This document shows positions 9,656-17,585 of a stretch of 64,000 nucleotides of DNA, in pieces (the stretch's first letter is position 1; each line of letters opens with the position of its first letter). A model generated the notes under the pieces. It was not told the origin of the DNA and searched no databases. It saw only the letters and a program-made list of their open reading frames with translations. Source of the DNA: Nitrospirota bacterium (lineage in GTDB: Bacteria; Nitrospirota; Nitrospiria; Nitrospirales; Nitrospiraceae); the NCBI GenBank assembly GCA_963701855.1, contig CAVPBK010000006.1:576001-640000 (forward strand), read 5' to 3'. The position numbers and the translations under genes are program-made.

Positions 9656-10734
9656 ACTGTGCCGCAAATCCGTTCAAATGCGTCGAGGAATCCGACCAAC
9701 TGCGCCTCCGTGAGGGCTCCCATATTCGCGACACGGAAAATTTGGCTCTGGAGCTGGCCTTGACCCGCATAGATCACGTAGCCTTGATCCTTTAGCCGAT
9801 CGTGCAATGATTGATAGGTCACACCCTCGGGAAGGTAATAGGCGGTGATCGTGTTGGACAGTTTGTCGGGGGACAGGAGCGGCTTCATGCCGAGTTTCGC
9901 CATACGGTCTCTGATTAAGGTCGCAACTTTCTTGTACCGTTGAATCCGCTTGGCGACCCCTTCCTCCATGAGTTCGTTCAAGGCTTCGTCGAACGCGTAA
10001 TAGACCTGCACAGCCGGCGTAAACGGAATCGTCCCACGACCTTGGTCGTCCACATATTGGGTGATGTGAAGATAGATCGACCGTCTGGGGTAGGCACGCA
10101 TCCGCTCCAGAAATCCCTTGCGGACGAGCACGAAGGACACACCGGGGAATCCCTGGATACATTTTCCCGCTGTACCCGCCACCATGTAGATATGCGACCC
10201 GGCGATATCCAGCGGCTCCCCCGCCAAGGCACTGACCGCATCAAGAATAAACACGCGGTTCTGGCTGTCCACGACATCCGCGATTTCTTTGACCGGATTG
10301 ATGAGCCCGGTGGTTGTTTCATGATGGACCATGGCAACTGCATGGGCTTCCGGGTGTTGCCGCAGTGCGAGCCGCAACCGTTCAGGGTCCGGCTTTGTCG
10401 TCCAATCGTATTTAAGTTCGGACACGCCCAGGCGATAGAGGCCGGCCATCTGGGAAATGCGTTCGCCGTATACGCCGTTGTTCAGCACCAGCATCCGTTT
10501 GCCGGATGGGAGCGCCGACATCACGGCGGACTCGACTGCCGCAGTACCCGATCCAGTCAACACCACCGCGGCATAATCCGCTTCCGCCCCCGGCACAAAG
10601 AGCTTTAGCAGCTTCGCCTGAATCCCGAGCAAGAGCTCAGTAAATTCCGATTCCCGATGGCAAACATCCGGACGCAACAGTGCCTGCCGCACCCGCTCCG
10701 ATACGTTGACCGGTCCTGGATTCAATAGAACCAC
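9652..10734 (-). CDS. Class V PLP aminotransferase, 2-aminoethylphosphonate transaminase-like (PhnW/AepZ)
   Basis: LLNPGP, GSGTAAVES, VHHETTTGLINP, DAVS, GTAGKCIQGFPG. Confidence 0.85.
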   Translation of the reverse strand: MVLLNPGPVNVSERVRQALLRPDVCHRESEFTELLLGIQAKLLKLFVPGAEADYAAVVLTGSGTAAVESAVMSALPSGKRMLVLNNGVYGERISQMAGLYRLGVSELKYDWTTKPDPERLRLALRQHPEAHAVAMVHHETTTGLINPVKEIADVVDSQNRVFILDAVSALAGEPLDIAGSHIYMVAGTAGKCIQGFPGVSFVLVRKGFLERMRAYPRRSIYLHITQYVDDQGRGTIPFTPAVQVYYAFDEALNELMEEGVAKRIQRYKKVATLIRDRMAKLGMKPLLSPDKLSNTITAYYLPEGVTYQSLHDRLKDQGYVIYAGQGQLQSQIFRVANMGALTEAQLVGFLDAFERICGTV

Positions 10735-10838
10735 AACACCCCCCGTTAATCGTTAACCGTACAATGTTAATCGCAGAAAGGGCCAACCTTCATTCTTTAG
10801 TCGAACTGCCATTCACAAATACCGTTGTTCGAGTCACG

Positions 10839-11417
10839 TCATTCGATCGCCTGCATGAACCGTTTCGTAATATCCGGTGGATCCAGCATCACGCGCCCGG
10901 CATCTTCCACCATCTCGTTGACTTTCACCAGCAACATGCTCGGCCCGTCTTTCTTCAGCATATCTTTGAATTCATAGACGAGATCTTCGCGTTCCCGCAC
11001 TCGTTCAACGTTCACATACCCGGCTGCCTTCGCGACCTTCTCAAGCGGGACCACATTGGATATCGTCGGCTGATTGCCGGTTGTGCCGTAGACTTCATTG
11101 TCGAACACCACATGAATAAAATTCTTCGGCCTCAGCGCCCCCACCGTCGCGAGCGTCCCCATGCCCATGAGGACGTTCCCGTCGCCGTCGAAGACGATCA
11201 CTTGTTTATTCGGCTTCGACAACGCCACGCCCAGTGCAATCGCCGCCGCCGATCCCATCGACCCGATCATATAGAAATGAGTCGGCCGGTCGGCAATCTT
11301 TTGCGCTTCACGAGATGGAAATCCATTACAAATGACGACGGGCTGGTCGGTGAGCAACTCTAACAGCGCGGCCATCGCCATGGCCCGGCTCTGCATGGTA
11401 CCTTCTTCGGGCCTCAT
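10839..11417 (-). CDS. TPP-dependent phosphonopyruvate/sulfopyruvate decarboxylase, beta subunit
   Basis: FYMIGSMG and the GDG...DN TPP motif, YGTTGNQPT. Confidence 0.88.
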   Translation of the reverse strand: MRPEEGTMQSRAMAMAALLELLTDQPVVICNGFPSREAQKIADRPTHFYMIGSMGSAAAIALGVALSKPNKQVIVFDGDGNVLMGMGTLATVGALRPKNFIHVVFDNEVYGTTGNQPTISNVVPLEKVAKAAGYVNVERVREREDLVYEFKDMLKKDGPSMLLVKVNEMVEDAGRVMLDPPDITKRFMQAIE

Positions 11418-11449
11418 CGATCCTGCTCCTTCATCGCCCCCTCACACCG

Positions 11450-11947
11450 CTAAGGATGTAACCCCTTCACGACGCCCTTTGTAATATTCAGTGCCACGGG
11501 AATCCGTTTCTTCATAAATGTCTCGGCCACCCACTTCAGATCGTCGATGGCCGTCTTTTCCGTCAACGTCCGATGAGGGATCTTCATTGTATCAAGAAAC
11601 TGCGGCATGACTTCGCCCATCACCAGATGCTCCGGCGCATCTTTGCCGCCTTGACCACGCCAGGACACGATCAGAATGCAAGGCTGCCGATAGATATAGT
11701 TGAGGGAGATGAGCGTATTCAGCGATGTCCCAAGCCCGGAGTTCTGCATCAAGACGGCGGGAATCTTGCCGGCCATATAAGCCCCGGCTGCCATGGCTAC
11801 GGCTTCGTCTTCGCGCACCGCTGGGGTGTAGAGACGCCGCTCCATCAACTCGGCAATGATGCCACCCAGGATCGAGTCTGGAACCCCCGTAAAGAAATCC
11901 ACCCCCATATCTTGAAGCGCTTGGACAAACGCATCGCTTTCAATCAT
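11450..11947 (-). CDS. Phosphonopyruvate/sulfopyruvate decarboxylase, alpha subunit
   Basis: FFTGVPDS, MQNSGLG, SWRG..GKDAPEH; start taken at MIESD. Confidence 0.88.
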   Translation of the reverse strand: MIESDAFVQALQDMGVDFFTGVPDSILGGIIAELMERRLYTPAVREDEAVAMAAGAYMAGKIPAVLMQNSGLGTSLNTLISLNYIYRQPCILIVSWRGQGGKDAPEHLVMGEVMPQFLDTMKIPHRTLTEKTAIDDLKWVAETFMKKRIPVALNITKGVVKGLHP

Positions 11948-12067
11948 GTATCGAATCCTTGCCCCAACGCACATAGAAAAACCGGCGCATTATAAGCTAT
12001 GCCTTCGGACATTCTCAACAAAACTGCGGGAGTTGCGCCATACGATTGGCCATGGTAGCGTTCTGCC

Positions 12068-12601
12068 ATGATCGGACTACAAAGACCTCATATAGGTCGA
12101 TACCTGAGCCTGCTGGGACTCCTGCTCTGTCTGAGCCGCCCCTTCCCTGTCCATGCGGTGCCAATGGTGAATGATCCGAACGGTTTTCAGAGCCTGGCCT
12201 GGGGTATTGCCCTGACCACGAGGCCGGATCTGGAAATCGCCAGAGCAGGCCCGCATATAAATGAATACCAACTGAAAGACAGCCCGCCATCGTATGCCGG
12301 AGTCCCGGTTGAGAGTCTCCATTTAGTATCTGTCGACGAGCAATTCGCCCGCGTGACCATCCACTATCAAGGTGAGGGTCGGCACAAACAAATCCTCGCC
12401 TACATGGAGCGACAGTTCGGTTCTCTTGAGCGCATCCCAGGACAGATGATGCGGGGCCTCAATCAGCAGTATACGTGGCGCGGGACTGATACTGAGATCA
12501 ACGTGACGTACCATGCGAACACGGAGAGGGGATTTATCTTCATCGACAGTCGAACCCTCGCCCCTCTGTTCAACGACCATATATCCGATTCGGCGGAGTA
12601 A
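12068..12601 (+). CDS. Hypothetical secreted protein (paralog of the next gene)
   Basis: Signal peptide ending VHA; NDPNGF..W, FARVTI.YQG and RG.IF motifs shared with 12603-13142. Confidence 0.75.
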   Translation: MIGLQRPHIGRYLSLLGLLLCLSRPFPVHAVPMVNDPNGFQSLAWGIALTTRPDLEIARAGPHINEYQLKDSPPSYAGVPVESLHLVSVDEQFARVTIHYQGEGRHKQILAYMERQFGSLERIPGQMMRGLNQQYTWRGTDTEINVTYHANTERGFIFIDSRTLAPLFNDHISDSAE

Positions 12602-12602
12602 C

Positions 12603-13142
12603 ATGCCGCGCTGGCCCCGCACAGACCATTGGATCCGCCATGTCTCCCTCATCATCCTTTTCTTCTCGCTCATCCTGCATGGCACCCCGGCTTTCGCCGT
12701 GCCGATACAGAACGATCCAAACGGGTTCGAAGGAATCCCCTGGGGCGCAACGTTTTCAGAAACCGATACGTTCGTGAAAGTCGAGGACACCGGTCGGTCT
12801 CAAATCTATGAATTAAGGACTGGGGCTCCTCTGCTTGGCACAGCACAGGTCGACTCCATGCAATTCGTAACTTCCGAAGGCAAGTTTGCACGTGTCACCA
12901 TCCGTTACCAAGGCAAGGCGACTCACGACAAGATTCTTGCCTATCTCCAATCCCTCTATGGCCCGCTCGACCACACACCAGGACAGATCGCCGGCGGTTC
13001 CGTCAAATTATTTAGCTGGACTGGGTTCGAAACCGATGTGACCCTCCGATATGAGACCGGCATCGATCGCGGCATCATTTTTTTCGAAAGCCAGGAGTTC
13101 CGCCGAAAAATGACCGACAGCAATTCAGCCACCGTGTTTTGA
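12603..13142 (+). CDS. Hypothetical secreted protein (paralog of the previous gene)
   Basis: Signal peptide ending AFA; same motifs; ATG 1 nt after the upstream stop. Confidence 0.75.
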   Translation: MPRWPRTDHWIRHVSLIILFFSLILHGTPAFAVPIQNDPNGFEGIPWGATFSETDTFVKVEDTGRSQIYELRTGAPLLGTAQVDSMQFVTSEGKFARVTIRYQGKATHDKILAYLQSLYGPLDHTPGQIAGGSVKLFSWTGFETDVTLRYETGIDRGIIFFESQEFRRKMTDSNSATVF

Positions 13143-13178
13143 CTGACACCCCCTGCCTACCTATCTGAAGCATCTTAG

Positions 13179-13440
13179 CGGGATGCTCAAAAAGTTCAGA
13201 CTTCTCACCCGCCCAACCCTGGCGCGCCAAGACGCGCCGTTCCACAGGCAAAGCCGCAGACGATGAAAGCACCGGAGGCGTAGCCTCTTCTCACCCGCCC
13301 ACCCCAAGCTGCCAAGACAGCTTGTTCTCCGAGTGGGCTACGTTGAGGATGCTTTCGAGGTGAGAACGCTGCCTGGCGAAAGGCGCGTCTCGGCGCGCCA
13401 GGGTTGGGCGGGTGAGAACGGAGACTTTTTCAGCATCCTG
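13179..13440. mobile_element. MITE-like repeat family B with internal CCCGCCCAACCCTGGCGCGCC inverted repeats
   Basis: Preceded by TTAG; TIRs CGGGATGCTCAAAAAG...CTTTTTCAGCATCCTG. Confidence 0.8.
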
Positions 13441-13602
13441 CCTGGAAACCCTTGCCAATTGTGCCAGGACCCCCTACTCCCCCCTCTTCCGATGGGGCTT
13501 TTATCCCCTCTCATTGGGGATTGTTGAAATTTTTGAATACGGTATTCTCAAACTGTCGCCGGGGGATAGCAGAACCTCGGCGGAACCACTGAGGAGGCAC
13601 TG

Positions 13603-14019
13603 ATGAAGCTGGTCCACCCCATTCTCAAAGTCAACCACCAGAAAGCCCATTCGCTCTTGGATCGGCGCTATGCCGAACGGGTTCCGATTGGGTATCGAAT
13701 CAGCTACTCCGGGGAAGAAGGTGCACGGATCGTCAAAGGAGAGGGATTCCTGAAAGATCTCTCCAAAACTGGCTGCAAGATCCTGGGCGCGACCACGAGC
13801 TCGCTCGGTAGCAGGCTCACTCTGCTCCTAGACTTTGAAGATGGACAAGCCTCTTTGCGCCTTACCGACGTCATCGTCTCCTGGATTTCCAAAGACTCCT
13901 TTGCCGTCAGATTCCCCAAGTTGTCAGCAGAAGAACGAAGGCGGGTACAAGAAGTTATCTGGAAAAATGTCAGCCTGTCGTCCTTAGACGATCAACGGAC
14001 TGCGTTCCGCATCATCTAA
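13603..14019 (+). CDS. PilZ domain protein (tandem 1 of 4)
   Basis: RRYAER and DLSKTG. Confidence 0.85.
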   Translation: MKLVHPILKVNHQKAHSLLDRRYAERVPIGYRISYSGEEGARIVKGEGFLKDLSKTGCKILGATTSSLGSRLTLLLDFEDGQASLRLTDVIVSWISKDSFAVRFPKLSAEERRRVQEVIWKNVSLSSLDDQRTAFRII

Positions 14020-14047
14020 GCATCGATCCAACACCACGGAGAAAATC

Positions 14048-14446
14048 ATGGGTCCTCACACCCCTGCACCCGTCACCAGCGTCGCTGAATTCCCGGGCCA
14101 ATCCGATCGCCGGCATAACAACCGAACCCCGGCGCTCTTCTCTTTGCTCTATTCCGGTATAAACACTGGCCAAATGCTGATAGGTGATGGCACCGCCTCT
14201 AACCTCTCACGAAGCGGGATCGGCATTCGCGGGAACCGATCAGTCACACCCGGCATGGAAATGGCCCTCTTTATTGACCTTCCTGGACTGGGAGAGCCAC
14301 TGTGCATTGCCCAGGGCCGCGTCTCCTGGGTTGAGGGACGTCGATTTGGAATGGAGCTGGGACCCATGAAGCTGGAGGGGGAGAAGCATCTGCAATTCTT
14401 CTTGTGGGATCGCGTCACCCCTTCAGATCGAGATAGTGACATCTGA
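14048..14446 (+). CDS. PilZ domain protein (tandem 2 of 4)
   Basis: RRHNNR and NLSRSG. Confidence 0.85.
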   Translation: MGPHTPAPVTSVAEFPGQSDRRHNNRTPALFSLLYSGINTGQMLIGDGTASNLSRSGIGIRGNRSVTPGMEMALFIDLPGLGEPLCIAQGRVSWVEGRRFGMELGPMKLEGEKHLQFFLWDRVTPSDRDSDI

Positions 14447-14475
14447 GACCGTAACAGGAGCACGGAGGTGTCCTC

Positions 14476-14862
14476 ATGAAACGAGAACAGATCACATCTA
14501 GAAACGGGCTTCAGTCTGTGACAGGAGCGATCAATCGGAGGCAAGACCCTCGCCCCTCGGTAGAGTTCGGATTGATGTACTCAGCTCAAGACCATTCCGG
14601 TGAGATCCTCATGGGCGATGGCATGGTGACAGATCTCTCGCCCACGGGATTAGGCATTCGCGGCAATGCCCCTGTCACACCGGAGATGGAACTCACGATT
14701 TTTCTCTACCTCCCCGATGGAAAAGACCCGCTCTTTGTGATGGAAGCGAGGGTGGCCTGGACTGCAGGACATCGGTTCGGAGTCGAGATCCTGAAGATGA
14801 ACTTACGGGAACGAAACCGACTCAGTTCTTTCTTACGCTCGAATCTCGTGCATTCCGATTAG
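14476..14862 (+). CDS. PilZ domain protein (tandem 3 of 4)
   Basis: RRQDPR and DLSPTG. Confidence 0.85.
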   Translation: MKREQITSRNGLQSVTGAINRRQDPRPSVEFGLMYSAQDHSGEILMGDGMVTDLSPTGLGIRGNAPVTPEMELTIFLYLPDGKDPLFVMEARVAWTAGHRFGVEILKMNLRERNRLSSFLRSNLVHSD

Positions 14863-14889
14863 ATCGATTGCCTGCTCACGGAGAACTCG

Positions 14890-15348
14890 ATGACCACACG
14901 ACGAAAGACGCACAAACGAGCGACGACCCATCGCCAAATTCAGGCCACTGACCGCAGAGCGGCTCAGCGGGTCCCTGTTCAAATCATGGTTCGATTTTCA
15001 GCAACAGACAGCTTCCAGCATGTTGGCCAGGGGGTTGCTCTTGACCTGTCTGAGAGCGGGTGTAAACTCTGCAGCACACTGATGTTGCCACTGGGAAGCT
15101 TCTGGGATCTCTACCTGACAATCCCCGAGACATCCCATCCGATCCTCATCTCGAAGGTTCGGGTAGTCCGGGTCGAGGGAAACGAATACGGAATCGAATT
15201 TCTTCTCGTCACGGAACGAGAGCGAACCCGGTTACGCCATTTCATCTGGAAACATATGAACCACTCCACAGTCAGAGGTGGACCTCCATTATTTACCCTC
15301 GTCGACCATTCATCCATACATCGGCCACGTCTCAAATCCCTGCTCTAG
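14890..15348 (+). CDS. PilZ domain protein (tandem 4 of 4)
   Basis: RRAAQR and DLSESG. Confidence 0.85.
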   Translation: MTTRRKTHKRATTHRQIQATDRRAAQRVPVQIMVRFSATDSFQHVGQGVALDLSESGCKLCSTLMLPLGSFWDLYLTIPETSHPILISKVRVVRVEGNEYGIEFLLVTERERTRLRHFIWKHMNHSTVRGGPPLFTLVDHSSIHRPRLKSLL

Positions 15349-15586
15349 TCCGCATGATTCATGAAGCTTCTGCTGCACGCGCGGATACGCGGCTATGACA
15401 GGCCATCTCGCCGTTTAGCCCTTTGACATACTGTTGGGGACTGGCACTCTTCTTCTCGGTGCCTATCCCCGTCTGAAGAGCGGGGCAGGCACTGCCGCAG
15501 ACGGCAGAGCCAGTCCCTGGCCTCCGTGTGCCGGTATCACTTCACGTCTGCACGCTTTCGCGACGAAGGTTCATGAATCATGCGGG
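15349..15586. mobile_element. MITE family E with CTAG target duplication and an internal GGGACTGGC...GCCAGTCCC hairpin
   Basis: CTAG|TCCGCATGATTCATGAA ... TTCATGAATCATGCGGG|CTAG. Confidence 0.8.
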
Positions 15587-15633
15587 CTAGAGCGATTTTG
15601 ACCTAATGCTTGTTCTCTAGAAACGCTGCGTGC

Positions 15634-15666
15634 TAGGATAATGGTGAGTGAGCACTTACTTACCAT
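15634..15666 (+). promoter_or_regulatory. Candidate -10 and TetR operator palindrome
   Basis: TAGGAT followed by the imperfect palindrome ATGGTGAGTGAG-CA-CTTACTTACCAT (15641-15666), which overlaps the tetR start. Confidence 0.55.
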
Positions 15667-16306
15667 GAAAAAACGAATTGCCCGGGTCCCGAGCGGGCAG
15701 CGGGCTTCTGCGCGCGACCGTCAAGCCAGCCTCATCATGGCCGCCGCTTCCCTCTTCGCCGCGAAAGGGTTCAACGGCACCACCACAAAAGAAATTGCCA
15801 GAGTGGCGGGTATAAGCGAGGCCTTGGTCTTCAAATATTTCCCGACGAAACGGACGCTCTACGCCGCAATCCTGGAAGAAAAGGTCACCGTCAACGAACT
15901 GCTCGAAGCGGTGGAGGTTGCGGCCAAGAAACACGACGACTATCACGTGTTTACGATGATAGCGCGCTATCGTATTCGCCCCGGCGTCGATTCGACGTTC
16001 TTGCGACTCCTCTTGTTCAGCGCGCTGGAAGGGCATGAACTATCCGACATGTTCTTCGGGAAGCACCACAAAGTGTTCTACGATCACCTCGCCGCGTACA
16101 TTCGTACAAGGATTGAAGACGGCGCATTTCGCGCGGTCGATCCCCTCCTGGCCGCCCGCGCATTCATCGGCATGGTTGTCCATCACCGTCTGCTCCATGA
16201 GATCTTCGGGGTCCCGATGCATCAATCCCATGAGGAAACGGTGGCATCCTACGTCGACCTCTTCCTTACCGGACTGATTAAAGCGCCGGGAAGGATCTCG
16301 CAATGA
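15665..16306 (+). CDS. TetR/AcrR family regulator
   Basis: LFAAKGFNGTTTKEIARVAGISEALVFKYFPTK HTH. Confidence 0.92.
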   Translation: MKKRIARVPSGQRASARDRQASLIMAAASLFAAKGFNGTTTKEIARVAGISEALVFKYFPTKRTLYAAILEEKVTVNELLEAVEVAAKKHDDYHVFTMIARYRIRPGVDSTFLRLLLFSALEGHELSDMFFGKHHKVFYDHLAAYIRTRIEDGAFRAVDPLLAARAFIGMVVHHRLLHEIFGVPMHQSHEETVASYVDLFLTGLIKAPGRISQ

Positions 16307-17478
16307 ATCCCCTGAAACAACATCCGATTGTCACGCTCGGAGTGATCATTTTTTTTGCGGTCTCGGCCCTCGTCGTGTTTCGCCTCAGCAGCGGCGCCAA
16401 GACCGACACCCGCAAAGCCCGCATCATCACCGTCGCCACTGCGGCGCCGCTGAAACAGGACCTCGACGTTCGGCTTGCCTATACCGCCGACATCACCCCC
16501 AACCAAGTGGTCAATCTGTTTTCACGGGTCGACGGCTACATTGCCAAGGTCTACGTCGAGAAAGGCGACTTGGTCAAAGCCAACCAGCTCCTGATCGAGA
16601 TCGATCACTCGGATTATCGGCATGCCGTCGACCAGGCCAAGGCAAATCTGGCCGCAGCCAGAGCGAGAGTCGCGCAGCAGGATGCGAGTGTCCGCAATAC
16701 CACCCTCACGCTGAGCCGGATGCAGGCGCTGATCAAAGACCAGTTTGTCTCGCAGCAAGATATGGATAACGCACAAGTTGCGTACGACGCGGCGGCGGCG
16801 GCGCTCGACTCACTCCGCGCACAGGTCCAGCAGATGGAGGTCGCCCTGGCGCAGGCTGAGACGAACCTCGCCTACTCGTATATCCGCGCGCCCTTCGCGG
16901 GCTATGTGGCCGAGCGCAACCTCGATCTCGGCGCCTATGTCAGCGGGACAACCGCCGGCACTTCCACCATCTCGCGCGGGATTCTCACCCTCCATGAAAT
17001 TCAGACGGTCCGCATTCTGATCGAGGTCGTCGAGAAAGATGTCCCACTTGTCCATGTGGGTCAAAGGGCAGAAGTACGCGCCGAGGCCTATCCCGATCGC
17101 GTCATCGAGGGCACAGTCACCCGTGTCGTTCAGGCCCTGAACCGGGCCACCCGCACGATGACGATCGAAGTGGATCTCCCCAACAAGGATCATGTCCTGA
17201 AAGGCGGCATGTTCGCCCGTGTAGAAGTCCTGGTCGGCACCCATCGCAGCGCGATTCAGATCCCCATCGACGCAGTGAGTCGATTGGAAGACTCCCAATA
17301 TGTCTACATCGTGCGCGAAGGAAAGGCCCAACGGGTGCCGGTGGAGATCGGAGCCCGCGACGAGAATCGAGTGGAGATCACCAAGGGCTTGGACGGGTCG
17401 GAGCAGGTGATCGTCTCCGGAAAAGATCTCGTACACGACGGCAGCCCCGTGCAGACGCAACCGCTCACTCAGTCCTGA
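16303..17478 (+). CDS. RND efflux periplasmic adaptor (MFP)
   Basis: N-terminal TM, lipoyl half-motifs (SRVDGYIAKVYVEKGDLV / IRAPFAGYV), coiled coil. Confidence 0.92.
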   Translation: MNPLKQHPIVTLGVIIFFAVSALVVFRLSSGAKTDTRKARIITVATAAPLKQDLDVRLAYTADITPNQVVNLFSRVDGYIAKVYVEKGDLVKANQLLIEIDHSDYRHAVDQAKANLAAARARVAQQDASVRNTTLTLSRMQALIKDQFVSQQDMDNAQVAYDAAAAALDSLRAQVQQMEVALAQAETNLAYSYIRAPFAGYVAERNLDLGAYVSGTTAGTSTISRGILTLHEIQTVRILIEVVEKDVPLVHVGQRAEVRAEAYPDRVIEGTVTRVVQALNRATRTMTIEVDLPNKDHVLKGGMFARVEVLVGTHRSAIQIPIDAVSRLEDSQYVYIVREGKAQRVPVEIGARDENRVEITKGLDGSEQVIVSGKDLVHDGSPVQTQPLTQS

Positions 17479-17585
17479 GTTCTGAGCGGAATTTGCCGAT
17501 GTTGGGTGACGCGGAAGAATAATGCAAGCACACCTAAAATGATCTTGTACCCAACACCCAGCACCCAGCACTCAGCACTTTCATC

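Noticed and set aside
10839..11947. Coenzyme M biosynthesis (comDE)
   Set aside because: No comABC context; the neighbours (transaminase, cytidylyltransferase, CDP-alcohol transferase) point to head-group synthesis.
13500..13602. Possible c-di-GMP riboswitch upstream of the PilZ array
   Set aside because: Only a simple hairpin (CGCCGGGG...CCTCGGCG); no GEMM-type two-stem consensus recognised.
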